DNA of 12,701 nucleotides from a virus: UHGV virus genome UHGV-0102869; one strand, 5' to 3'. Shown piece by piece: positions 1 to 6,249 of this stretch (position 1 is its first letter; each line of letters starts with the position of its first letter). The notes under the pieces were generated by a model. It saw only the letters and a program-made list of their open reading frames with translations, ran no database searches and was not told where the DNA came from. The position numbers and the translations under genes were made by a program.

Positions 1-35
1 GAAGGTCGTAGGTTCGACTCCTATTATCGGCACCA
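1..35 (+). tRNA. 3' end of a tRNA gene (T-arm, 3' acceptor strand, encoded CCA); the 5' part lies outside the window. Probable prophage attachment core (attL). Resembles tRNA-Thr (thrW type) from memory.
   Basis: GTAGG-TTCGACT-CCTAT T-stem/loop followed by TATCGGC-A-CCA ending at position 35. The integrase gene stops 15 bp away and reads toward it, the usual att-int arrangement. Confidence 0.8.
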
Positions 36-49
36 TTTAAATCAATAAG

Positions 50-1213
50 TTACACATCATTAGTACCTTCCTTATTTTTTGACTGGGACAAATTTGGGAC
101 CGATGGGTTCAGGATCGAGTCTATTTGCCGTGCGTGTTCGGTAAGGTGATTAGGTGCAAGGTGAGCATATCGACGAACCATTTCGATAGACTCCCAGCCT
201 CCCATTTCCTGTAACACTGACAACGGGACTCCGGCTTGAACCAGCCAACTTGCCCAGGTGTGTCTCAAGTCGTGAAATCTGAAATCATCAATACCAGCCC
301 GTCTCAGCGCCGCTTTCCAGGCTGTGTTTGCGTCATACCGCATCTTCCTTACTGTTGGCGCTTTCGTTCCGTCTGGTTTGGTACAGCTTTCCTTGTACAC
401 AAATACCCAACGGTGATGATTCCCGATTTGTTTTTTCAATACGCGACATGCAGTATCATTCAGCGCAACGCCAATTGCGCGGTTTGATTTACTCTCTTCC
501 GGGTTTATCCATGCCACCCGGCGCTGCATATCTATTTGTTGCCATTCAAGGTTGATGATGTTCGAGCGTCTTAAGCCTGTTGCCAGTGCAAATTCAACAA
601 CAGACTTTAATGGCTCCGGACATTCATCAATCAGCCTTTGTGCTTCATGGGGCTCCAGCCAGCGGATCCGTTTATTCTTTGGTTGAGGCACTTTAATAAT
701 TGGTGCCTTATCCAGCATTTTCCATTCACGCTCTGCGGCTCTTAGTAGGGCCTTTATAAATGAAAGATGCGTAGCCTTCGTTGCAACGGACGCTGGTTTT
801 GGCGTGTATTCTGGAACAGGTTTCCCTTTTTTTCTGCATGCTTCTGCCCTGAGTTTCCAGTTTTCCTCATGACGCCGGTTCGTCATTTTCTGCATTGCTG
901 AATAAATTTTTGATTCAGTAATGTCTCTTAGTTGCATTCCTGCGAAATGTTGAAGCCAGAATCCGATCCGGCTTTTGTCATCGTCCAGTGATTTTTTATG
1001 TGCTTTCTCTTCAAGCCACCTGACACACGCTTCCTCGAACGTTATATCAGGTATTTCACCAAGTTTGCTGACCCGCCATGCTTCAGCCTTTAGCTTGTCA
1101 TGGAGTTCTGTCGCCTGCCTTTTGTCCTTTGTTCCAAGAGACTGTTTAAATCTTTTACCGTTCGGCAATGTGAAACTGGCGTACCATATTTCACCTCTGC
1201 GGAAGAGTGACAT
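50..1213 (-). CDS. int: Tyrosine site-specific recombinase (phage integrase, P22 Int-like), 387 aa
   Basis: Full-length ORF with ATG at 1213 preceded by GAGGAAA. C-terminal catalytic region contains [10 protein letters not shown] and the RY motif (MVRRYAHL) typical of tyrosine recombinases. Sits next to the tRNA 3' end. Confidence 0.95.
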   Translation of the reverse strand: MSLFRRGEIWYASFTLPNGKRFKQSLGTKDKRQATELHDKLKAEAWRVSKLGEIPDITFEEACVRWLEEKAHKKSLDDDKSRIGFWLQHFAGMQLRDITESKIYSAMQKMTNRRHEENWKLRAEACRKKGKPVPEYTPKPASVATKATHLSFIKALLRAAEREWKMLDKAPIIKVPQPKNKRIRWLEPHEAQRLIDECPEPLKSVVEFALATGLRRSNIINLEWQQIDMQRRVAWINPEESKSNRAIGVALNDTACRVLKKQIGNHHRWVFVYKESCTKPDGTKAPTVRKMRYDANTAWKAALRRAGIDDFRFHDLRHTWASWLVQAGVPLSVLQEMGGWESIEMVRRYAHLAPNHLTEHARQIDSILNPSVPNLSQSKNKEGTNDV

Positions 1214-1440
1214 TTTCTTTCCTCTGTTATGCCATCACCCGCGCTCACCTGGACAGTATGCAGCGGAGACTGAAGAGCCGCAATGCAGGCTTGTCGTGTT
1301 GTGAGGTAAGGAGATTTATTCTTAGTGGGATCTTTGCGTGTTGCCTGAAGACGCCCTGTGCGTATCCAGTTAATGGCAGTCGGTCTGGATATCTTGAGAA
1401 AATGACAGGCCTCATCGAGTGTGAGGCTGTATGGCTCCAT
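1090..1440 (-). CDS. xis: Excisionase (Xis), about 116 aa, starting at the internal ATG ([11 protein letters not shown]...) of the 144-aa track ORF
   Basis: ATG at 1438-1440 preceded by GAGGTG; shares a TAATG stop/start overlap with the upstream gene; overlaps the 5' end of int as in lambda and P22. Identified as Xis from memory of the P22-type sequence. Confidence 0.8.
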   Translation of the reverse strand: MEPYSLTLDEACHFLKISRPTAINWIRTGRLQATRKDPTKNKSPYLTTRQACIAALQSPLHTVQVSAGDGITEERKCHSSAEVKYGTPVSHCRTVKDLNSLLEQRTKGRRQNSMTS

Positions 1441-1745
1441 TATTTCACCTCTTGTTGTGACATTGCTGAAAAATGGATACCAGCTCGTTGCTGCCAGACG
1501 ATCCAACCGAGAGTCATATCCCATGCCATGTATTCGTTATCGCCGTTTTTTGCTCTCCGACGATCTACTAAGTCACCGAAACGCTTTTCCATGAATAATT
1601 CATAAGCTTCGCGTTCATCTGGTTCTACTTCCAGAGATAGGAGTGCGATTTCATAAGCACGGCGCTCAATATCGTCTCGCACGTCAAGGCTGCTGATACG
1701 CTCTTTAATTTCTTTAATCAGTTCTTTGTCGGTAAAAGTGGTCAT
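1440..1745 (-). CDS. Small acidic early (ea-region) protein, 101 aa, function unknown
   Basis: ATG at 1745; TAATG overlaps with both neighbours; clean ORF in the same orientation as the rest of the early-left block. Confidence 0.7.
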   Translation of the reverse strand: MTTFTDKELIKEIKERISSLDVRDDIERRAYEIALLSLEVEPDEREAYELFMEKRFGDLVDRRRAKNGDNEYMAWDMTLGWIVWQQRAGIHFSAMSQQEVK

Positions 1746-2107
1746 TATGCTCCAGCCTCCGGTGCTTTTGGCATTACTGCCCAGTGAGTGATATTGACGT
1801 TTTCAAGGTCCCCGACCTGAAATGTCCACTGCCATTCTCCGGTTTCTTTTTGTCCCCAGGTGTACCAGAGAGAACGCCAGCCAATTAGCCAGCCTTCTCC
1901 GTTAGCATCGAATAACAAAACACTTTCATTTGCTGGTGGCAGTTCAGTTGACACTGGTATTACTTTGTTTTCCTGTGCTGCACATTTAGCTTCAAGCGCA
2001 TCGAATTTACGCACCAGGTATTCAGCATCTGTTTCATTTACTTTCAGATCTCGCGGTACACATCTCCCACGAAGAAACCCTTCCATTTCGAAAACATTCA
2101 TGCGCAT
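1745..2107 (-). CDS. Small early protein, 120 aa, possibly DUF551-like (C-terminal ITHWAVMPKAPE resembles the THWMPLP motif)
   Basis: ORF with ATG at 2107 (alternative ATG at 2101 would overlap the upstream stop as ATGA); GGAG about 10 nt upstream. Family assignment is from motif memory only. Confidence 0.6.
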   Translation of the reverse strand: MRMNVFEMEGFLRGRCVPRDLKVNETDAEYLVRKFDALEAKCAAQENKVIPVSTELPPANESVLLFDANGEGWLIGWRSLWYTWGQKETGEWQWTFQVGDLENVNITHWAVMPKAPEAGA

Positions 2108-2634
2108 TTGCGTAACTCCGATAACTCGTTAAAGCGTTCCATAAACATCCCGTAGGCATGGCCCGATGTCAGTGGAATCACGTTGAACATCTCTGTTGCC
2201 GGGATACCTTCCAGTACAGGCCAGAAAGAGCCATCATCAAGCCCGAGATCGCGGCGTTCGGTTGCCAGCATGATGAGATCGGCATATTTCACGGGCGTAC
2301 TCATAACTGGGGGTAACCCGTATTTCTCACGGATTACGGCGTCTATTTTTTCTTCCATTTGTTTATAGTCAGGAAGAAGGCGTTTCAGTGGTGCGGGAAT
2401 GTCCTGGCAATACGCTTCTGTTGCATCATGCATTAACGCTTCAAAAGCAAATTTCTGCGGCACCAACTGGCTGCAAAGAACCGCATGTTGGGCGACGCTG
2501 TAGAAGTGCGAAAGATGACCGGCAAAGCGACAGATATTTGAAAGGGAAACCGCGATATCGTTAATATCGATGTCGTCTTTATTTATCCTGTCATAATAAA
2601 AATGCTTCCCGGAAAAAGTTTTAATAAATGACAT
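2098..2634 (-). CDS. yfdR: HD-domain phosphohydrolase, YfdR-like (5'-deoxynucleotidase family), 178 aa from the ATG
   Basis: Track ORF begins with GTG at 2661; the ATG at 2632-2634 is preceded by GGAGAA and gives 178 aa. The HD signature (ALMHDATEAY) and an upstream H...H are visible in the sequence. Confidence 0.8.
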   Translation of the reverse strand: MSFIKTFSGKHFYYDRINKDDIDINDIAVSLSNICRFAGHLSHFYSVAQHAVLCSQLVPQKFAFEALMHDATEAYCQDIPAPLKRLLPDYKQMEEKIDAVIREKYGLPPVMSTPVKYADLIMLATERRDLGLDDGSFWPVLEGIPATEMFNVIPLTSGHAYGMFMERFNELSELRKCA

Positions 2635-2730
2635 TTTGTTCTCCACGTATATGCGCTGCACCGCGCTGAATTCTGGTAAAAAGAATCCCTCACCATCCGG
2701 CGATTATTGAGTAAATTACGTTTCCATAAA

Positions 2731-2746
2731 TGCCCCCGCAGGGGCA
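2731..2746 (-). terminator. Short GC hairpin between the YfdQ-like and YfdR-like genes; possible weak terminator or attenuator
   Basis: TGCCCC-cgca-GGGGCA, 6-bp stem, followed on the minus strand by TTTATGG. Not folded computationally. Confidence 0.3.
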
Positions 2747-2761
2747 ATTGCAGTAATGAAA

Positions 2762-3586
2762 TCAGGCGGTGAAAGTACCAATAAAGGTTTCTACTTTGCT
2801 GTCCTTGAATTTCTCAACAAGCAGATCACGAAATTCGTTAGCCATTTCTTCCTGCACCGCCTCCAGCTGAATAATGCGCAGAACCAGTACAGGACGATCG
2901 CCAGTGATAATACTGAGGCGTAATTTAAACGGACGTTCTTTCAGACCTTCAAACGGAACGCATTTAAATTCAAATGCCACTGGCATAATGTCTTTGGTCT
3001 TCGCTTCGACAGACTCCATCAGGGAACGTTTGCCGCTGAAGTCATTATCTTCAAAATCAGCGGTCTGGTTTGCTTCAATCGTGATTTTACGGACAGCCGC
3101 AGCCGCTTTTGTTGCCTGAATAGCGTCACCATTAGCATCAAAGCCCACAAGATAGTCGGCCCAGTCTTCAATCCATTCTGCCAGTGACTTCTGGGAGTTA
3201 CGCTCGCCGTTAACAGACAACAGAGCAGAGAACGGTGCTGTCTTTTTCAGTTTGAGTGTGGCGGTGTTATCTGCGTGACCTGGTTCATCAATAGTACCCA
3301 GGTTAAGCACACTGACGGCACGCATATTATCAGCATCGATAAAGCAGCGGGTGCCTTCATCTGCAAGATCTTTAGAATAACGGGTAAAGTCATCGATGCT
3401 GGCAGTGGAAAGCGCACCACGGAAACGGAAGCGATTTAAATTAAATTTTTCCAGATCATGAATGCGGAAATTCTCAGGCAATGCCACAGCATCGGCACCA
3501 ATCTTACTGATAATTTCATTAACACCCTGAGCAGAAATAAGGGCATGGATTTGATTAATTGCGGTTGCGTCTAAGTTCTGAGACAT
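2762..3586 (-). CDS. yfdQ: YfdQ-like protein (DUF2303 family), 274 aa
   Basis: ATG at 3586 preceded by GAGGA. The 274 aa length and its position immediately upstream of the HD-domain gene match the yfdQ-yfdR arrangement I recall from the CPS-53 prophage. Confidence 0.75.
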   Translation of the reverse strand: MSQNLDATAINQIHALISAQGVNEIISKIGADAVALPENFRIHDLEKFNLNRFRFRGALSTASIDDFTRYSKDLADEGTRCFIDADNMRAVSVLNLGTIDEPGHADNTATLKLKKTAPFSALLSVNGERNSQKSLAEWIEDWADYLVGFDANGDAIQATKAAAAVRKITIEANQTADFEDNDFSGKRSLMESVEAKTKDIMPVAFEFKCVPFEGLKERPFKLRLSIITGDRPVLVLRIIQLEAVQEEMANEFRDLLVEKFKDSKVETFIGTFTA

Positions 3587-3651
3587 AATAAGTCCTCACT
3601 ATATAAAGATATTCAGTGATGAGATAAATAATCAGTTAATTAAAAACGATA

Positions 3652-4014
3652 TTAACGACCTGCTGCGCGGAGTTTTCCGTCAGGTTCACCGGCAAGAGTC
3701 AGTAACTGTCCCTGGTCTTCCTGCAGAATAGTCAGGCGACCACCGCGATTGACATACATCGGCGTTTCGGTGGTGTCTTCTTCGGAAATTTTCCCGCGGT
3801 TAGTCGGGCGAACATATGAGAGTTTGTGTTTGATTTTCACACGGTTCTCATCAAATGGTTCGATTTCCAGGTTGAGTGAGACCTTACCTTTGGTTTTCGT
3901 GTTCATCACACCGGAAGCGACTTCACTGAGAACTGCGCCGATTTTGGTTTCAAATACGCCGCCGTCCAGCTCCCCGATAAATGCCTGCACATCAGTACTG
4001 CGTTCGCTAGCCAT
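3652..4014 (-). CDS. YfdP-like small early protein, 120 aa (start at the internal ATG MASERSTD...)
   Basis: ATG at 4012-4014 preceded by GAGGAG with a 7-nt spacer. The track ORF extends in frame to 4332, but that part is Cys/Arg-rich, has no comparable start signal and lies in the GC-rich region described in the findings. Confidence 0.7.
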   Translation of the reverse strand: MASERSTDVQAFIGELDGGVFETKIGAVLSEVASGVMNTKTKGKVSLNLEIEPFDENRVKIKHKLSYVRPTNRGKISEEDTTETPMYVNRGGRLTILQEDQGQLLTLAGEPDGKLRAAGR

Positions 4015-4062
4015 TTTGCTGCTCCTCATCATATCGACCCTGCAAGGCCGATTAGTTTCTCC

Positions 4063-4151
4063 ACAAAACAGAGAAGAACACCTGCAGTGGCAGCCGCCCG
4101 GATGGATTGGGTTATGAGCCCGTCGTCCGGTGATGCTCTTCTCTGTTTTGT
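4063..4151. repeat. Inverted repeat: 14 bp perfect (ACAAAACAGAGAAG at 4063-4076 and its reverse complement at 4138-4151) around a 61-nt GC-rich loop
   Basis: Read directly from the sequence; arms extend to about 17 of 18 matches. Lies about 50 nt upstream of the YfdP-like start on the minus-strand transcript. Confidence 0.6.
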
Positions 4152-4424
4152 AAAAAGGACGGTACCAGCCGGAAGCAAGGGTACAAACTGGTACCGCCAG
4201 GACTACACACAGCATAAAGTTGTGGTGCCGGGTGCCTCCCGGTGCCTGGCGAAGGTTGCACACCAGACGGGTGGGTATCCACAGAAGGTCGACTGTCAGC
4301 CTCAACCTTAACCCGCGTGCGCTGAGCCGCATTCACCACAACGCTAAGGATTCTCTCTGGTTGAAAATACTTAGCTGTTATGTGCCTGCTTTTAGCCACA
4401 TCAGGCGAGGTGGACCTGGTTATT

Positions 4425-4480
4425 CCCCAACAACAAGGATTTGGTTATTATGTAACCCTCCCCAACAACGATAAGGATTT
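4425..4480 (+). repeat. Direct repeat CCCCAACAAC(0-3 nt)AAGGATTT, two copies (4425-4442 and 4460-4480), each ending in an AGGA ribosome-binding-like motif followed by an ATG
   Basis: Copy 1 is followed by an ATG-TAA mini-ORF (4450-4455); copy 2 is followed by the ATG of the 29-codon ORF at 4483. Confidence 0.6.
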
Positions 4481-4482
4481 AT

Positions 4483-4572
4483 ATGGATCTATGTGTAGAT
4501 AAGTATGAGGAGAGGCATGTGCCGTTAAGACAAAAGCCTCCAGTTCCTCCAAAACCACCCAAGGAAAACTGA
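4483..4572 (+). CDS. Candidate 29-codon upstream ORF encoding a proline-rich peptide (MDLCVDKYEERHVPLRQKPPVPPKPPKEN)
   Basis: AGGA 5 nt upstream of the ATG; TGA stop 8 nt before the ATG of the membrane-protein gene, which itself has only a weak ribosome-binding site. Too short to call with confidence. Confidence 0.3.
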   Translation: MDLCVDKYEERHVPLRQKPPVPPKPPKEN

Positions 4573-4579
4573 GACTAAT

Positions 4580-5074
4580 ATGACCAGAGACGATTATAAA
4601 TTTTATGTTCACTACTCTTATGTATTGGAGAAGATGAATTACACGTTGTTAACTCGCATTGATAAATTAATAACGTTGATGTTAATCGTTCTCGGTTTTT
4701 CAGTTTTCGCCCCGTACAGTAATTTATTTATTTTCGGTTTGTTTGTTGCCGTACTTTCGGTTCTTCAGTTGGTCTATCAGTTCGGCCAGGAGGCTGGAAT
4801 GTCTAAAGAGCAAGCGAGGCATTACAAAAGACTGCTGATTGAGTCTGATACCCTTCCTGAAGATCAGTTGCAAGCTAGATATTTAAAAATCCAAGATACT
4901 GATAGTAATCCATGGAAATCACTTGAACGAGCGGCTTTCATTCGGGCCTGCATTTTTGCTGGTGTTCCAACTAAGTACGATTTAACAACCAAAGAAAAAT
5001 TTATAGCTTGGTGTGCGGGAGATCTACCTCTAGAGAATGAACTAACGGATATTAATGATGACCAACAAGTATAA
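4580..5074 (+). CDS. Low-GC accessory gene: 164-aa protein with two predicted transmembrane helices (about residues 28-50 and 52-68) and a roughly 95-aa soluble C-terminal domain; function unknown
   Basis: Long clean ORF in a visibly AT-rich stretch flanked by GC-richer DNA; hydrophobic segments LITLMLIVLGFSVFAPYSNLFIFGLFVAVLSVLQLVY; transcribed convergently to PL. Confidence 0.75.
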   Translation: MTRDDYKFYVHYSYVLEKMNYTLLTRIDKLITLMLIVLGFSVFAPYSNLFIFGLFVAVLSVLQLVYQFGQEAGMSKEQARHYKRLLIESDTLPEDQLQARYLKIQDTDSNPWKSLERAAFIRACIFAGVPTKYDLTTKEKFIAWCAGDLPLENELTDINDDQQV

Positions 5075-5265
5075 TCCAGTTCACGGACATGTAGGACATG
5101 TACCTCCAAAGCCCAGGCCACCATCACCAAAGTCACATAGGCTTTATGAGGATGAATTAATAATGGATTCTATATTGAGATGACCAAATGAATGCATTTA
5201 TATATACATGGAAAGAGGATCATATACCCTTAAAACCTCGTCCTTCACCGCCAGAACCGAAACCA

Positions 5266-5308
5266 AAATCCCGTTAAGTGCTGGGGATTTCCAGATTGTT
5301 AAAGAGCG
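5266..5308 (-). promoter_or_regulatory. nut-like antitermination site on the PL transcript: boxA (CGCTCTTTAACAA) followed 5 nt later by a hairpin (7-bp stem AAATCCC/GGGATTT, 11-nt loop)
   Basis: The minus-strand sequence at 5308-5296 matches the boxA core GCTCTTTAACAA exactly as I recall it from rrn and lambdoid nut sites. The hairpin at 5290-5266 is in the position of a boxB, though its loop is not lambda-like. Confidence 0.5.
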
Positions 5309-5410
5309 AAGCGTCCTGTTGGGCGCTTTTTTGTTGCTAACGAATCACCCGGTCATTCATACGCCACCGGCGGCTACTTCGTGGGCGTCCTGCCTGTTTG
5401 TTGTTTCTCT

Positions 5411-5446
5411 TGGGTACATTATGTATCTCAAAGGTACATTGTCAAG
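5411..5446 (-). promoter_or_regulatory. PL-like promoter with overlapping OL-like operator half-sites
   Basis: On the minus strand, -35 TTGACA (5445-5440) and -10 CATAAT (5423-5418) with a 16-nt spacer, immediately downstream of the repressor gene terminator. GGTACA repeats at 5413-5418 and 5433-5438 resemble the GTAC-core palindromes between cI and cro. Confidence 0.55.
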
Positions 5447-5472
5447 TATAAAAAAACCTGCCGAAGCAGGTT
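5447..5472 (-). terminator. Rho-independent terminator of the repressor gene
   Basis: Minus-strand AACCTGC-uucg-GCAGGTT hairpin followed by a T-run (TTTTTTTATAC), about 12 nt after the cI stop codon. Confidence 0.6.
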
Positions 5473-5484
5473 CATAAACATTGA

Positions 5485-6159
5485 TTAGGCTTTGATTTTG
5501 TATCTTCTTGGTTTTCCTGAGAAAATCACAGTACCAATTATAGAGCAATTACCGTTGATCTTAATGTAAGGCTCAGGCCAGTTTGGGTTTAACGCTTTGA
5601 GATAACGCTGTGTCCCATCTTCTATCAACCTTTTGAAGGTGGTTTCACCTGTATCGTGCATCAATGCAATAACGTCGTCACCGTGGCAGGCAGGTACTTC
5701 AGGATCGACAAAAATCATGTCTCCTGGGCGGTACTCATCAATCATTGAATCACCTATCACCCGCAAGATATAAGTCATTTCCCCACAGGGTACAGGGCAG
5801 GGATACGTTTCTGCTGTGCTCAAATCAACCTCAGAATATCCAACTTCTTTCCATGCTCCGGCCTGTACCCATGATATGACAGGGACTAATGTGATTTGTT
5901 TATTAGTGATTGAAACATCAGGTTTTTTTGTGATGTTCGTTGTCTGGTGTTCTTGATCGAGCCATCCAACAGGCAGGTCGAAACATTTTTCGATGTGTCG
6001 TGCCATGCTGTCACCGATATTTTTAGTAGCACCATCTCCCATAAACCTGCTGGTCTGGGTTGGCTCGCGATCAATCATAGTGGCAAAGGAAGAATTCCCG
6101 CCAACACCATCTCTCAGTTTTCTGGCGTTAGACCGCCGGATGTCATGGATTGTTTTCAT
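5485..6159 (-). CDS. cI: Prophage repressor, CI/LexA-like (N-terminal helix-turn-helix, C-terminal S24 peptidase domain), 224 aa
   Basis: C-terminal GDSM (catalytic Ser) and KRL (catalytic Lys) motifs characteristic of S24 self-cleaving repressors; divergent from the cro-like gene across an operator-rich 90-bp region. Confidence 0.9.
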   Translation of the reverse strand: MKTIHDIRRSNARKLRDGVGGNSSFATMIDREPTQTSRFMGDGATKNIGDSMARHIEKCFDLPVGWLDQEHQTTNITKKPDVSITNKQITLVPVISWVQAGAWKEVGYSEVDLSTAETYPCPVPCGEMTYILRVIGDSMIDEYRPGDMIFVDPEVPACHGDDVIALMHDTGETTFKRLIEDGTQRYLKALNPNWPEPYIKINGNCSIIGTVIFSGKPRRYKIKA

Positions 6160-6249
6160 AACGAAATTAAAACCCTTGTACCGTTAAGGTACAAGTATCT
6201 TGAAGGTTCATTTCAATCATGTAATATGTACACCGGAGGTACATATTGT
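6160..6249. promoter_or_regulatory. Divergent OR/PRM/PR region between cI and cro
   Basis: 21-bp palindrome CTTGTACCGTTAAGGTACAAG (6175-6195) and inverted repeat AATATGTAC-N7-GTACATATT (6223-6247) overlapping the cro ribosome-binding site. Candidate PR has -35 TTGAAG (6200-6205) and -10 TAATAT (6222-6227) with a 16-nt spacer. Confidence 0.6.

Noticed and set aside
236-1605. Plus-strand track ORFs 236-487, 328-555, 975-1304 and 1207-1605
   Set aside because: All lie antisense within the int and xis coding sequences and have no ribosome-binding sites. They are off-frame artefacts of strongly supported genes.
1860-4117. Plus-strand track ORFs 1860-2132, 2183-2368, 2874-3119 and 3749-4117
   Set aside because: They are antisense to the DUF551-like, YfdR-like, YfdQ-like and YfdP-like genes, and their translations are Ser/Arg-rich and low-complexity.
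3652-4332. 226-aa track ORF, an in-frame upstream extension of the YfdP-like gene
   Set aside because: The extension has no ribosome-binding site and its translation is Cys/Arg-rich and not protein-like, whereas the internal ATG at 4014 has a strong GAGGAG site and gives a 120-aa product. The extension is treated as non-coding.
4015-4482. Retron msr/msd hypothesis for the inverted-repeat region
   Set aside because: There is no reverse transcriptase gene anywhere in the window, and the flanking genes are ordinary early-left genes. Kept only as a generic structured-RNA or terminator candidate.
5304-5335. Possible plus-strand terminator (AAGCG-loop-CGCTT followed by TTTTTT) downstream of the membrane-protein gene
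   Set aside because: The stem is only 5 bp with weak GC content and overlaps the boxA element on the other strand. The T-run may simply be the complement of boxA-flanking sequence. Too weak to list as a feature.
5208-5477. 89-aa plus-strand ORF
   Set aside because: It runs across the nut-like site, PL, the OL half-sites and the cI terminator, has no ribosome-binding site and gives a low-complexity translation. Judged spurious.
5357-5548. 63-aa minus-strand ORF
   Set aside because: It overlaps the cI 3' end and the PL/terminator region in another frame and has no start signal. Spurious.
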